Shown here piece by piece: positions 21,981 to 35,952 of a stretch of 64,000 nt of DNA. This DNA comes from Selaginella moellendorffii. Taxonomy: Eukaryota; Plantae; Lycopodiophyta. The position numbers and the translations under genes are program-made. The notes beneath the pieces are model-generated. The model searched no databases. It was not told the origin of the DNA and saw only the letters and a list, made by a program, of their open reading frames with translations. Position 1 is the first letter of the stretch, and the number at the start of each line of letters is the position of its first letter. The DNA lies in contig NW_003314410.1 of assembly GCF_000143415.4 (NCBI RefSeq), forward strand, positions 103,686 through 167,685, read 5' to 3'.

Positions 21981-24900
21981 GGAGAGAGAAGCTGGAGCTC
22001 CGATCAATGGGCAGCGTGGAAGGGTCGCGACCCCAACCCCAAGACATCCCGTCCGCGGCATCCACCGCCCCAGCCCTTCATCAACGATGAACCCTAAACG
22101 TAAGCTAAGTACCACTATATATAGGCAGGACAAAAAGAGGAAGTTCTCAATTAGTCCAAAACGAAACTTAATTACTCGTCGCTAGCGGGAGGGGACAAGG
22201 AATCCTGCTGATCGGACAGCCTGCTGGATGGCTCTTCCGTGCTGCTGTTGCGTGCCTGCACAGCTTCTGGATCTCAGCCGGCGATACATCGCACCGTCGT
22301 GGACATGGAGATGATCAAAGGAATCAAAGGGCATGGTTACTACCACTAGCTCGTAGTCCCGATCATTGAAAACTCTGCGTATGAATATGAGGTCACGAAT
22401 TCTATAGCAGCAGCCGTGAGTAAAAGCTCGTTCCTTTCTCACTGTTGTCTTTCTTATTCGTGTTTTGCTGGAAGAGTGCCGCTTATCCACGAACAACGGC
22501 AGCGTTACTGAGAAACCATGGGATTTACGTTTGGGGTGACTCGTGGTTCTGTGCTAAAACTAAGGTGATAGCACTTTTGCCAGCTTGACTCTTAATCTTT
22601 TGCGAAGAAGGCAGAATGCTACCATTATCTTTTTGATGCCGCACTTAAGCTTCGCCAGTTTGGCCTCGACCATACAGACCCCTTGCATGGACCAGTGAAG
22701 AAACTCAGCCTTGCAGTTCCAAGGAAAAACTATCCCGCAAGAAATGCTGTCTATTTATGCGGGCTTTTATCAAATGTTTTTCTCGTGTGCACCACGATTC
22801 CCGTATCATTCGTGATGGACGTTTGTTTCCCTGTGCACATGACAATGAGGGAAAACACCTCTCAGCCACTTACGATTCGAAGGAGACTCAAGGTGATCTA
22901 AACCTTCTCAGGCAACAGCCAAGATTTCATTGGTTTTGGTGGCAGCAGAAATCTCGTGTTATGTCAAGCAGGCTCTTAAAGACACGAAGGAGGGAAACGT
23001 GCAAACGCAGTTTATTCCCCCAAGTGATGCTCCTAAGGACGAAGTCAGAGCGTAACGTTCTCGCATGACTGCTGCTGATCGCAAAGTTACAGCCCTCAAA
23101 TAATTCCAGGTCTGGTCTTGTTTTGAATCAACGTTTCTTGATCCTTTGCATCACAGGGATATATTTGGAGAACAGGATACAAAAACGGTGAACACAAAGG
23201 CCAAGTCTTTCAGGACGTTCCTGAAGCACTCTCCTTGTGCTGAGTCGAAGGTCTGATAGGAGTTGCCAAAGCACGATGTTGATGTCGTCGCCTTGTTCCT
23301 TTCAGGCCTATATTTACTCGAGTGGGAGCCAAGAAGCGCAGCGGTTGATCTTTGGGAACACAAACTTTGGGCTACTTCGATACTGCAGGGTGAGATTTTC
23401 CGCACTTGGTTCATTATATTTGCTCCTCGCATCTCATTCCTTTTCAGAAACAAACGAGAGGCACAGAGTTACACTGAAATCTTCCTTTCGGTGGGTGCCG
23501 ACGAGAGCCTTCTCAGATTACTTCGCCACGGGCTGTTGCTGCTAAAGAAGCTGGTAATGTCTGGGAAAAAAAAGCGAGAGATGTGTTGCTAATGTATCAT
23601 TGCTTTTGTTGCCAGGCCTGGACACTGTGATACTTGAGAGACCAGGGAACGCACCACTGCCTAGCGGACAGCAAGCACCCTTTGGGACACTTATGATACT
23701 CAAAGTTTGCAAGCTCTTACTCAAACAAAGAATCGCGCCTTGGCATATTCGGGCCACGTAGTCTAACTTTCACATTATAAGAAAGCAACTTGTTAAACCT
23801 TAACACCAAGAAGCAAAATGTATTCTTAAACCAGGAGTGCCTCTCTTTGTTTATCTCCAGTTCGTCCAGTGTTCTTGGCTCTTGGGCGAATTTTCCTTCC
23901 GTTTCCCATGCATCTCGGGAGTAAGGATTGACTAGATGATTCATCCGTGAACTTCGTGAATAAAGCTCACAAACGGCTCCCGTCCCGCTGGGTATGATCC
24001 ACGTTACTGCTAAATAAATGGAATTGTAAGTCAGTGACGGTGGCAATGGCCACTCCCACGGAAGAACAGCTAAGCTAGTGCCTGAAGAGACATAACTACT
24101 TGACAAATGTTTGCAACTTTGTAGATGTATTCATTTCTTTTCAAGGAAACCACAGAGTGCTTTGTGTAGATCGGCTCGTTTTCCCACTGCCAGAGCGTAA
24201 ACTTCCATTTACCCATCGTTAGCTGGCCCTGGAACGTTGTTCTGTGGCACCGTCCCAATCTCATGGTGTTACAAAAACAAAAGGAAGTTAGAGAAACCAT
24301 AAAGAAAACTAAAGAGAACATAGACCTGGATGGTTGAAGCCTCTCCTGGCGTTGTCCAGTTCTTTGAACAAACATTTTGGTTAGAACAAACAGCTCACGA
24401 ACCTCTTAAACTTCGACTTCCATTTCGTTGAACAGAAAACATCCTAGTTAGACAAACCAATATATGAGTTGATTCAGGCGTCTTTTCTTGTAAATTCACG
24501 CTATGCACATTCCTTTGCCTTTGGAGTTTTCATGATCGTTGTTTTCATTGAGGTTGGACCATTGTCAATGTACGTCTTCAGCTGGATTGAAGTTCTGAAG
24601 ATCGCATTGTTTCTCAGCTCGCAGGTCTTGCGCTGAGCGCAGCAACAACATAACTCAAAGCCTCTCCAAAACGTTGACACAAAATCTCTTTAGTCTCGTA
24701 GCATTTTTCTTTTTGAACACAGCATTTTTTAGTTCTTATCGTGGTTGAGCAGCACCAACACTTCACCACTTGTCTTTTTCATGACAAGAAATTAGAACAA
24801 ATTGAAACACATGCAAACCTGAAGCTAAGTATCGTCAACTTTCAATGATATTCACAAGCTTCCCTTCGCATTGAGAGTTCCTTGGGCCGTTGTTTTGCAC

Positions 24901-27383
24901 TTAGCTTGTTTGAGTTGTTTGATGAGCATATCATCTTAGCTTGACTGTGTCACTGGCTCCCTTATGCGTTGAGCATAGCATCTTCTTGACCCTGTCGACA
25001 CTCTCAATCGAAAAGAAATTGCGAACCTGATGTCTTCAAACGTTGAGAATTTCTCATTTATCGTTGATCATTCGATCCTAGCTCGTTGCAAGCAGCTTCG
25101 CTTTTTTGTCTCCGACAAATCTTTCTTGTTTCGTTGTCTTACTCGCTTATTGCTACCACAAAGAAGAGCTCTAAACGAACTTACCTTGCGAGGTGGAGAG
25201 GTGCGAGAGTTGACAGGTCCGGCCAAGGATCAGCGACGGATCATAATCGTTGTTGTCATTGTCATGTACGTCTTCAGCTGGATTGAAGTTCTGAAGATCG
25301 CGTTGTTTCTCAGGTTGCAGGAATTGCGTTGAGCACAGCAACAACAAATATCTCCAAAACGTTGACACAAAATCTCTCCAATCTAGTAGCATTTTTCTTT
25401 TTGGCACACGCTGTGACATAGCGTTTTCAGTTCTTATCGTCGTTGAGTAGCACCAACATGTCACTTGGCTTCTTCATGACAAGAAATTAGAACAAATCGA
25501 AACACACGCGAACCTGGCAACATGAAACTAAGTGTTCTTGATCGTTAGTTTTGTCACAGCGTTGTCCACATCGGTGAGTTTCTCTTCGCTTTGAGAGTTC
25601 CTTGGCCCGTTGTTTTGCAATTTGCTTGTTTGAGTTGTTTGTTGTGTCACTGCCTCCCTTTTGCATTGCAATCTTCAAACGTTGAGAGTTTCAACACGAT
25701 TTCTTGATCGCCTCTAGCATACCTCTTCAGCTTCGCTTTCCAAATTTCTGTCTTACTCGCTTATTGCTACCTACCTATATGAACTTGCGAGGGTGGAGAG
25801 CCTACCTGGAGCTCCGATCAATCCCCAGAGTCTTTATCAACAATGAACCCTAAACTTGAGCTAAGTACCCCTATTTTATATAGGCAGGGCAAAAAGGGGA
25901 AGTTTCTTAAGCATCTGATAATAGGATAAAAAAAAAGGCTTTACAATAAAATAATCACCCCTTTAACCAATTAATTTAGAACGTAAAGGATATAATCATA
26001 ACATTAGTATTGGAGCCCAATTTATTTCTCATGGCTAATGAATGGGGCAAGAATATTTTGAAGTAATATTTAACATGGTGGATTTAGAGGGAGAACCAAA
26101 AGTTTAGTAGACCCTAAGAGAAGGATGAAGATGACCGGAAAGTGGCCTAAGTATGATTGTAGACAATTATTCCCTTACTTTGAACTTTGAAAAGTAGAAG
26201 AGATTTAGAGTATGAAGGTTCCTCCAAAACATTTTTTAGTGTAGAGATGTTAAAATATAGTATAAAGTTAAGTTTGCCATGAACGTTAATTTTTATATAT
26301 TTATAATGATTGTATTAAAGTACAATTGTTTAGCTCACAAACTCAACTTTTCACTGTAAACTCAAAAGTGGTTTGTGCTCATATGCATGACAGTAACCTT
26401 TGATAAGAAAATTCCATGCTTGTGCTCTTGTATGCTAAAGATCTCCAAACAAGTCTTTAGCTCTTGGCTTTGTGAACAATTCTTTTTTCTTGACATGATG
26501 CTTATCTCAGCATTAGATGCCCCACAAAGGGACTTAGAATTCACTTCACAAATCTTTGATATATGAACCTTGCAGTTCATGTTCTCTAAAAACAAATTTT
26601 TCTATGCTATATGTAGTAATCTTAATTTAATATATTTAAGGTATATGCTGGTTAATGGTTTTTTACATTTTAAAGGATGGAAATATCCAAGAGGACGCTG
26701 AATGAATTACAAGATACAACTTGTTGGTGAGTTGGATTCACTAGGATGTTATATTACTAGTCCTACCTTACGCAGCAAGCCCACTGATATAGTGTTTTTT
26801 TTAATATAATATCAACATTACATGTAGAAATACATTTTTTTTTCTTACTCTAGCACACTGATACATTCTTTCATATGAAGGGAATATATTGGATATGATA
26901 GTGTCCAAGATCTTGCAAAAGTAGCTGATGTCCTGGTGTAAACTTGGTCCTCTCTTACCAAAGCTTGATCGCCTTTGTCTATATGAAACTTCCACAACAC
27001 TAAACAAGCTTCTTATAACCCGGGTAGTCGAACGATAATGCGGATGGTTAAAGTTCTTTTATCTGGGAGGTGATGGATTGTGTTTAGTGGTTTTTTCGCC
27101 TAGATTCTTGAACGACACAGGATTTCGCCAGTCAACTCGCCATGATTTTAGGGTTCTTCAAAATTACAGTGGAGATTAAAATAACATCCAGCATTTTATC
27201 TGGTATAATCTGTTCATTACTGCAAAATGCCAGCAAATTGAACTGGACCCAAATTTACGAATTTTGAATTCTGTGATGTCAGCTATTTGCGAAAAACATA
27301 TATTATTATAGCGGAAAGTTATATTGCTTGGCGCTTGGGGCGCGGTGGATGAACGATCCATCCACTTCTCCCCTCTGCGATGA

Positions 27384-27641
27384 TTGACAGCGCCTCCGGC
27401 CGGAGGACGAGATTGCCATCGAGCCCGAGCTCCAGGATCGCGCCCTCGGGCACGAGGAGATCGCGATTGGCGATCCACACGGGCTGTGGAGGTCGTCACC
27501 GCCCGGGGCATGACGCTGGACGATTCCGGGAACCTCATTCTCGAGTCCGCCGATGGCTTGCCGCTGTGGCAGAGCTTCGATCATCCTGTTCACGCTCTCG
27601 GCTCAACGGCCAGGCTCCCGGCCGGGGGGATTTCTTCCTGA
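27384..27641 (+). pseudogene. Bulb-type (B-) lectin domain fragment
   Basis: MTLDDSGNLILESADGLPLWQSFDHP matches the L.DSGNLVL...LWQSFDHP signature. There is no intact start or downstream kinase domain. Confidence 0.7.
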
Positions 27642-28927
27642 GGAAGATCGCGCTCGCGCGGTACGGCAATGACTCCATCGATCTGGATCATCGTCGACGC
27701 AAATCCGATGATCCGCCTCCTGATCATCGCCTGGGACGACGCAATGCAAGGCTCGATCGCTGCGCGATGCCGATAGATTCTCGACTTGCAGCGCGTGCGG
27801 GCGATGGGCATGGAGTACTTCGCGGGCGTGGAACCAATCCATGGAAGAATGCAGCGGACCAGTTTAGTTTAGGGTTCTTCCAAGATTTTCGTTTTAGGGT
27901 ATTTCTCCTTTTAGGGATTCTTCTTTAAACTGAAAAGGTGTTTTACCATATACGCCGCCCATAGATATTTCCAAAAGCGGCAGAGCTTGTCGCGATCGGG
28001 GATTGGTCGGTGGTGTGGTCTCACAACCACACAGTGTTGTGACGTGGTAAATCGATCTGGGGGTCGAATCGATTCAGTCGATCTAGAGAATTCAACGATG
28101 GCGAGAAGCGAATCTTCCCCCCGCTTTTTCTCCCAGCGAAACTATAGTGGAATCCGAGCGCACTGGTCGGTGACATCTAATTATTAGGAATATTCCCCGG
28201 ATCAAAATCACTCCTTGATTGATTGATTCCCTTTTCTCCTTGCGGTCAATATCGAATTTTGGCGTGGTGGCATGGAAGTGCTGTTTCGCTTGCGCTTCTC
28301 TACATCAAGCACGTCATGAAAGGATTAAATCAACACACAAGGCCCAGAGATTAGATCAACCACACATTACATTAAATATCTCTACGATTAAATCAATTGT
28401 TTCGTTGTGGAGGCTCCCTCTCACGCAGACCGTCCGATGGCGGGGAGATTAGAACGCGTCTGGGGCCCAGATTCGAACCCCCACCAAAATCATTTTTTCC
28501 GGACACGAGGCTCTACTCCATTGCAGTTGTGAGCTGCCCCACATTTCCATTCACTAAGCTCTCCACGCTCAGAGCATCCTTCGATCAAATGCCGGAGCGG
28601 AGGAAGGAGCTATCGCGCTAGGGTTTTATCGGCCGGGGCGCCTGGTTCGATCGCTTAGGCTCTACACCGCAGCACGCTCGATTCCGATTCCTGGTAAATC
28701 GTCCCAGAGTATGGCACAGTCTTGCTCGAATTTGACGATCGACGAGGAAATAACACAGGAGCGGTAGGAGATCCATCTTGGGGCGGCGATAATTCGCACT
28801 AGCTCGTCCAGATCGCGTTAAGCGCTGGTTCTTAGGAAGATCGATTCAGATTCTTTGATTTCCCTCTCCCTCCCTTTCTCTCTCCTTCTCTCTCGTTCTC
28901 TCTTGGGTTGAGTGAAGGAAAAAAAAA

Positions 28928-30750
28928 ATGGGATGCGCTCTCTCGAAAACACAAGACGAGCACGCTACGCTGTCGACGACTCTCGGTGAAGTGTATGTGT
29001 TCTTCCCGGGTCTCCGGTTGCCTCGAAAGGTGGATTTCGGGAATTCGCTTGTCAGGGAGCACTACTCCAGCGCTCTAATTGGAAGACTGGCAGCTTTAAG
29101 ATCCAAAGTGGTGGCTGCTGCCGAGAACGCATGCAAGATCGCGAAAGCAAACAACAAAGCGTCAGGTACGTGCGGTGGAAGATCTTGTCCTTCGCTGGTT
29201 GGTTCTAAACATTTATTATTTCCCCCTTTTGACAGAAACAAGTAGTATTTATGAGCTTCGGAGCGCTCTCGAGAATTATCTATCTGCATTACAAGGGATG
29301 ACCACGACAGAAGGTACGTAACTAAACTTTTTTTTCGTGAAGAATCTGTTCTGTGACCTCTGACTCTTGATTTTAGCTTTAGGAGAGGAAGGCAGCCTGA
29401 GCAATTGTTTAGAGTTTTGCTGGAGCAACCAGGAAGACGAGATCAAGGTACTGCGCACGAGGATGAATTGGTCGTTTATAATACTAAAATGCTTGTCTTT
29501 TTTTACCAGGAGAGCGTCGTGCCTAGCGTGTACTATGAGCTCCTTTCGGTGCTGCATCTTCTCGCTATGCTTTCGCTTTTAGAGGCCAATCTCACGCTCA
29601 CGCCTAAACCAAGCTCTGAAGACCAGCGACTTAGACCGAATGATGGTAAAGATATCAAGTGTGGCTGGCGATCTCAGAACTTTGCAAGTGTTGTTCAGGA
29701 AGGAAGGCTGCAGTGGAGATGCTCCTAGAAGCCGCCCGGATTCTGGATTACTGCATTGAGCGCGTGTATCCAAATGTTCCTGAGGACTTGAAGTAAGAAT
29801 TCTCCCTTTATCTTAAGCGTGTACGTAAGTTTCATTTGTAGGACGAAATTCCCGGCTGACGTACAAGAGGAGTTACTGAAATCCTTGCAATTGCAAGCAT
29901 TGGGACAAGTACTAAAGAGTATCTCACTTGAGTGGTGTTCTCGGAGCTTAACTTTTGACTTGTATATGAACTTTGCAGACTCTCGAGATTCAACTGGGCC
30001 TGGCCATTGACAATCTAAAAGCAACATTGGCAGTGAAGCGCAGAATAGCATGCGAGGCAGTAAAGTATTGGCAAATGGTAATAAGTATGTGATTCCACTC
30101 ATATGAGGTGCGTTGACGATCTGCACAGGCCTTTGAGGGACTTCAACGAGTCCGCTTGCAGAACAACTGGGGAGAAAAGCATGTATTATTTCTGAAATGG
30201 AAACGTGCCTCGGCAAAGGTACGAAGTAGCTTCAAACAAGCATTTCGAAAGTCAAGATGGCAACTTCCTTTCGTGCACAGGCGGCAGCTTATTATTATCA
30301 TGGCCTGGTTTTGGAGGAGGGGCCGGATAAAAGCAAAGCAGCCGCTTCTTTGCAAGCCGCCGAAGCGTTCCTCGCTGAAAGCCGGACACTGTGCAGAGAT
30401 TTCAGTGCTGCGTCCCCGGTGACAAAGTAAGTTTTGTGCACTCACACACCTCCGAATTCAACTCGGCTCGTCACAGGAAATCTCCGGTATGGGGTGCAAT
30501 GAAAAGCTTATCGCAAAAAATCCCGGACGCTGCAAGCCGGGCTGGGATCACCACCACCAAAGGCGTGAGCCAGAAACACAGGTATATCCATTTCCAACCT
30601 TCCGGCTCTAATCCTTCACAGCTGCTACCAAACAGCAAGCTTCCGGAGCTCCCAGATTTCTCCCTCTCTCTGCAGTGGGATGTTTACGAGCTCCCAGCGA
30701 TTGACGCGATATGGTCGCAGGAGAGAAGCATCGCTCCAAGGCCAAACTAG
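28928..30750 (+). CDS. Endosomal-targeting BRO1-like domain protein, multi-exon
   Basis: MGC N-acylation start, GEVYVFFPGLRLPRKVDF, EFCWSNQEDE, YYELLSVLHLLAMLSL, AVKRRIACEAVKYWQ, WGEKHVLFLKWK, AAAYYYHGLVLEEG and C-terminal PELPDFSLSL..DVYELP. Confidence 0.88.
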
Positions 30751-31417
30751 CGCGCGCGCGCTTGCTCTATCCATCAAACAGGCGATCGAAGGAGAAGAAG
30801 AAAAAGTAAAAAGGACAGACGTGGACGAGGAGATCGAGTAAGTGTACATTATTGTGATTGACACGCGCAGTTTTGTGCTAGCGAAGATTGGGATTGGGAG
30901 GAGAAAATGTGGGCGCCGGTGGTTGACACGGCGCTTTCACAGAGGAACACACACGCGCTCTCGCATTCTCCATGCAAAAGCGTTGTGTGGCGCGCGCGCG
31001 CGCGCGGGGAGTTTGCTGGATTGATATGCACAAAAAGTGAGATCTTCTCTCACACCTACTTTCGTCAACCTCCTCCGGCCTACTCCCAACTTTTGGAAAA
31101 AATCAATCTATGCATTCCACGGAAGAACCATCGTCTTGAAATTATTTACGTGGAAACATTCAACACCCTCGTCCAAATGGTCCAAATGTCGCTAAGCAAA
31201 GTACCGGCGGAGATTATGGATGGATAGGGTTGACGGAATATCCTCCCTTCGTCTAGGTCATCGTTAATCGTTAGCGGTGGAGGGAAAGAAAGAAGACGCG
31301 CCATCGTCGCCATTGTGCGTCGCGTTTGTATGTGAGTGGGTCTTTTTTTTCTTCCTCCTTTTTTGTCCCGTGTGCGTTGTTGCATTGGCGTGTGATCTTC
31401 GCGCTCTCTTCTCTCTC

Positions 31418-31419
<2 letters not shown>

Positions 31420-31464
<45 letters not shown>
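31420..31464 (+). repeat. (CT)n microsatellite, about 22 units
   Basis: Uninterrupted ctctct run upstream of the PIRL gene. Confidence 0.97.
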
Positions 31465-31468
<4 letters not shown>

Positions 31469-32329
31469 TTTGCTTTTTTTTTTTGTCTTGGAAGAGAGAG
31501 CGAGAGAGTGATGAACGGTCCCTCCATACATGTCTCCGGCATCAGATGGGTCGCATTTTTCCGGCCTCCTCGGCACACAGTGCTTCGTGTTTTGTTTTTG
31601 TTCTTATAGTTTTCTTTTTTCTTTCTTTCCTTTCTTAGCGATTTGTCATTCAGTATAGTGTTGTTGTCAGGCGCTCGCTGTGATATTTTCCTTTCCCCTC
31701 TTTACATTCTTTCCCCATTTGCAAGGGTCGTTCCAGAGAAGCGCGAGCGAAGCCGCGCAAGCAGGCCCAACGATTCTTCTTCGGTGTGTTCTTCTTTTCT
31801 TCTTTCTCTCTTTTTTATTTTTTTGACTTTGCCTTCTACTTTGTGGGAAAATCCGTGAATTCCAACTTGCCACTGATTCGAGCATTCATTGCTCTGCGCG
31901 AGCTGGTTTCTCCCCGACTGGAGCTCTTTCCTCTTTCTTTGCCCCCTCCTCTGGCAGTGAGTGTGCTGTGTGTTGCGTTGTGTGTGCTGTGCCATGGATA
32001 TTGGCGATCCAGATGGGAACAGCGACATCTCTCCAGTGGACAACTTTATTTTTCCACCTCGCTGTTTTTAATTCCTGCCTGGCCATGCCCTGACCTTCCG
32101 GAGCTATGATCTCATCTATCTGGGTAAGAATGAGGACGAAGGAGATTCTAGAAGTATCAGTAGAACTAGAACTAGAACTACGACTAAGTAGTGTAGCAGT
32201 AGTGGCGTAGCAGACCGCGAATTGAGTGAGTGAGAGGAGATTCTTTCTTCTTCTTCTTGTTCTTCTAGTCATTCGTTCCAGGCCGGGTGGGATTTGGGAA
32301 GAGTTTTACGAGCAGAGCTCTAGAGCAGG

Positions 32330-34061
32330 ATGGGTCCAGGAGTAGAATGCGTAGAGGATGTAGTTCACGAGATGGTGATGATCCAGCAGAGCTTGCTGCC
32401 GCTCCGCCCGACTCGGGAGCAGTACGAGGCGGCGCTGGCAGCGGTGGCGCGGGCGGAGCACATCCTGGCGTCGCGGCTGGAGGAGCTCGTGCGGGAGCGG
32501 CGGCCCGAGGGTGTTCCACAGCCGGCGTTCCGGGCCCTCCAGGAGATGCGCGAGGACGTGCTTCGAATGCAAGTGGAGGAGCACAAGCGGCCGTGGCTGG
32601 CGGTGATCGAGCTCGAGGAGCGGCACCAGCGGCACCACCAACTTTTCCAGAAGGTAGCGGCAGCGAGCGGCGGCACGGACGCGGGATCCATGGCCAACGG
32701 CGGCGGCGCCACCTCGGTGCTCAACGGCATCGACAGCTCCAGCTCGGGTGAGTTCTCCGACGACGTGGTGGCCAACGGGCAGAGGTTCTACGCCGCCGCC
32801 AGCTTGGAGCAAACGAGGGAGCCAGCTATGGCGACGATGGAGCAAAACCATTACGGTGGCTATCACCCCGACAACGCACAGACATTCACTCCCGATGTCT
32901 CTGGATCAGGTACTTCTTTAACTCTTTCACGACGAGAGGAAGAAAAGGAAAAAAACGCAGAGAGAACAATCCCACGTTGACTTTTAGTTTTCTCGTAGCG
33001 CCCAAGACCTTGTCAACCATCGCCGAGGACGGGCAGGCGGCGCCGCTCCAGTGCCCGCCCAGGCTGCTGGCGATGATCCAGGCGGCCGCCGAGAGCGGGG
33101 CCGAGAGCCTGGTGGCGGTGGACATGTTTGTCCGCGAGAACATCCTGCTGGACGACTCCATCAGCCAGCTGAGCAACTTGAGAGTGCTGGAGCTGTCGGG
33201 CAACCGGATCGTCAAGCTCCCGGACAGCATCGGCGAGCTCTCCCAGCTCACCGTGCTCGACCTCCAGTCCAACCAGCTGACGGCGCTCCCGGACACGATC
33301 GGCCGCCTCACGTCGCTCAAGCGGCTCAACATCGAGAAGAACGGCATCGAGGAGCTGCCGTGGACGATCGGCAACTGCGAGTCTCTGGAGGAGCTCCGGG
33401 CCGACTTCAACCAGCTGAAAGCTCTCCCCGAGGCGGTGGGCTACCTCGGCAACCTGCGGATACTCTCGGTCCATCTCAACTGCTTGAAAAGCTTGCCGAG
33501 CACCATGGCGTACCTGACGAGCCTGGCGGAGCTGGACGTGCACTTCAACCAGCTCGAGTCCGTGCCCGAGAGCCTGTGCTTCGTCACCACGCTCCGGAAG
33601 CTGGACATCTCGTCCAACTTCCATGCGCTGCGGTTCCTGCCATACAAGATCGGCAACCTCCACCAGCTGGAGGAGCTCGACATCAGCTACAACAGCATCC
33701 TGGAGCTGCCCGACTCGTTTGTCCAGCTCGAGAACTTGCGGAAGCTGCGGCTCGAGGGGAATCCGTGGAGGGTGCCGCCGCTGCAAGTCACGCAGAAAGG
33801 CAATCAGGTATGTGGATGGCAGTTGTTTTTTCTCTCTCTCTTTTTCTCGCGGAAAGTTTGATTTTTCCTTTTCGTTTTCGTTTTTGTTTGTCGCAGGCGA
33901 TCTTCGATTATTTGCACGAGAGCATCAAGCAAAAGCAGCAGGAGAAGCTGGCGAGAAAGAAGAGGAACATACTCATTAAAGCTGCGCACGCATGCTGTGG
34001 CTTCTTTGGAAGGTTGTGCGAGTCCAAGCATGGTGACAGTGCCTTGAACATACTCGCCTGA
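32330..34061 (+). CDS. Plant intracellular Ras-group-related LRR protein (PIRL family), 3 exons
   Basis: Exons 32330-32909, 32999-33807 and 33897-34061. N-terminal coiled region (LPLRPTREQYEAA), about nine 23-aa LRRs (LPDSIGEL..L..LDL..NQL) and the LRLEGNPWRVPP GNP motif. Confidence 0.9.
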
Positions 34062-34829
34062 CGCGGCAGGACAAAGCGCAAGAGAGCAAATGGTTAGTTC
34101 CTCCTTTTGCTTTTGTTGGCTTGCAGCTAAAAGCTTGATCCCATTTGCAGTTGTCTGTACAAGTAAAGAAAAAGAGATTCGATCCATCAAAAATTGGTTT
34201 TTTCGCAGCAGCATCCCCCTGTAAGCAAAATTTCCGCTGGTTCTTTGCCTTCTAACGGTTTGAGTGGGGCGACTATCAAGCATCCTATGTACAGTTTCGA
34301 GAAATAGATCGTTTTCCAGTCCATTGGTTTTAGAATCTCCGAATAACGATCGCAGACAGGGAAAGGTGTGAGACTTTTTTTCCATGGCCTGGAAGAAGAA
34401 TGGTTTTTGCCAAACATTGGAAAACCAGTGCAAATGATTGAGAAAGAATAAAGTTTGAGAGAATTATAAGACCATGGGTTCCACCACTATTGCACTGATT
34501 TAAGCTATGCAATATATTGCAAAAAGCCAAGGCATAAACATGGGGTATATCACCTAAAGGCCAGCCTTGCATTGTCATTGTCTAGGCTGGAGGACATGTG
34601 AGAGCCACTCACACTCGCACTTTAAAAAATTTAACCTAGCTAATGTCCACCGTTGATGTGGGTGGATTGCCTCTTGATTACAGCTCATTTGGGCGGCGGT
34701 TTGGCCATCTACTTAAAGCATCGAACCCCTAAAAAAGTTGTGTGTGCTTAAGAGCTCCAAGAACAAGAAAGGCGAGAGGAGGGAGAGAGAGAGAGAGGGA
34801 TTTCTTTCGGGCATAGAAGGGAATCGGGG

Positions 34830-35015
34830 ATGGCGGCAGCTCTCAGGTTAGCGGCATTCGTCGCGGTGGTGGTTCTATCAGCGGCGGCCGCGATGGCGCA
34901 AGCGCCCGCCCCAGCGCCCGTGGAAGGCGCAGCTTCTCCAATCCTCGCCTCGTCCTCCCTCGCGGTTGGAGCTGCTGCGGCCGTGGCCGCCCTGGTGTTT
35001 GGATTCTTGGGATGA
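34830..35015 (+). CDS. Arabinogalactan peptide (AG peptide), putative GPI anchor
   Basis: 61 aa: signal peptide, QAPAPAP core and hydrophobic C-terminal GPI-type signal. Confidence 0.85.
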   Translation: MAAALRLAAFVAVVVLSAAAAMAQAPAPAPVEGAASPILASSSLAVGAAAAVAALVFGFLG

Positions 35016-35382
35016 GCAGCGACGAAGAAAGGGAAGAATGGGTTCCTCCAATCCTCGGCGCGCGCGGGATTTCCTGGAGCGCCGGGAGGAAATGCTGGTG
35101 GATCTTTCGCGAGATTTCGGCGGATTTCTCTCTCGCGCGCGCGTCTCTCGGTGCTGCGCGGCTTCGTGGAGTGGAGGCTTTCGTTCTTTCCTTTTTCTTC
35201 TCTCGATTCTTTGTATTTTGATCTTATAATTTTTACACATTCTTGTTATGACGTGGCATGCTGAGTCGGGTGCTTCCGTGGCGTTGAGTGGCGGCGTGGC
35301 CGAGCCACAGTCCTGCATTCTCGATAACGTCCACGTTAGCCCTATTCCAGCCTGTCCACCCTAAACGCAGCAGGGGAGAGCT

Positions 35383-35952
35383 ATGGCGACGATGGCTCCG
35401 GTCGCGATGCTCGCGAGCAGAGGTACGCAGAGCTCCTGGGGTCCTGGGGGATTGAATGCCAGCGGTGCCAGCGGCAGAGCGCCGCGATTGGGATTGGCAT
35501 TGGGATTTGGCAGCGATGGCGCAGCAATTGCGAGGTTCTCACGGCTCCAGACGCGAGTGGCGGCGGCGGACCTGGATAAGCTCGTGGATGAGGTGAAGAA
35601 TCTGACGCTGGAGCAGGCGCGGCAGCTGGTGGAGCGGCTGGAGACCGAGCTCGGGGTGAGCGCCGCCACGTTCGCGGCGCCGGTGGCGATGGCGGGCGGC
35701 GCCGCGCCGGCGGAGGCTGCCCCCGTGGTGGAGGAGAAGACCGAGTTCGATCTCCTGATCGACGAGGTGCCCAGCAACGCCAGGATTGCCGTGATCAAGG
35801 CGATTCGCGCCATCACCAACTTGGGTCTCAAGGAGGCCAAGGATCTCATCGAGGGTCTGCCCAAGAAGATCAAGGAGGGCGTCGCCAAGGACGACGCCGA
35901 GGACGCACAGAAGCAACTAGAGGCTGCCGGCGCCAAATGTAGCATCAAGTAG
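35383..35952 (+). CDS. RPL12: Plastid 50S ribosomal protein L12 (nucleus-encoded)
   Basis: Transit peptide, then LTLEQARQLVERLETELGVSAA, EEKTEFD, RIAVIKAIRAITNLGLKEAKDLIEGLPKKIKEGV and LEAAGAK. Confidence 0.95.
   Translation: MATMAPVAMLASRGTQSSWGPGGLNASGASGRAPRLGLALGFGSDGAAIARFSRLQTRVAAADLDKLVDEVKNLTLEQARQLVERLETELGVSAATFAAPVAMAGGAAPAEAAPVVEEKTEFDLLIDEVPSNARIAVIKAIRAITNLGLKEAKDLIEGLPKKIKEGVAKDDAEDAQKQLEAAGAKCSIK

Larger units (their letters stand above)
15316..27008. repeat. Left arm of a large degenerate inverted duplication (mirror of about 45480-55271)
   Basis: Blockwise reverse-complement matches: 15316-15730 with 54888-55271, 19080-19960 with 51070-51970, 22130-23130 with 49030-50045, 23200-24380 with 47880-49020, 24640-25900 with 46610-47880, 26180-26950 with 45480-46282. 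Borders are approximate. Confidence 0.88.

Noticed and set aside
20150-25800. Repeats as a CRISPR-like array or a defined Helitron/TIR element
   Set aside because: Eukaryotic context, long degenerate units without spacers, and no termini or TSDs identified by eye.
28440-28486. tRNA-like GATTCGAACCCCCACCA
   Set aside because: No pairing T-stem, acceptor stem or A-box could be built.
31264-31609. ERERER / SLSLSL ORFs
   Set aside because: Translations of the (CT)n microsatellite.
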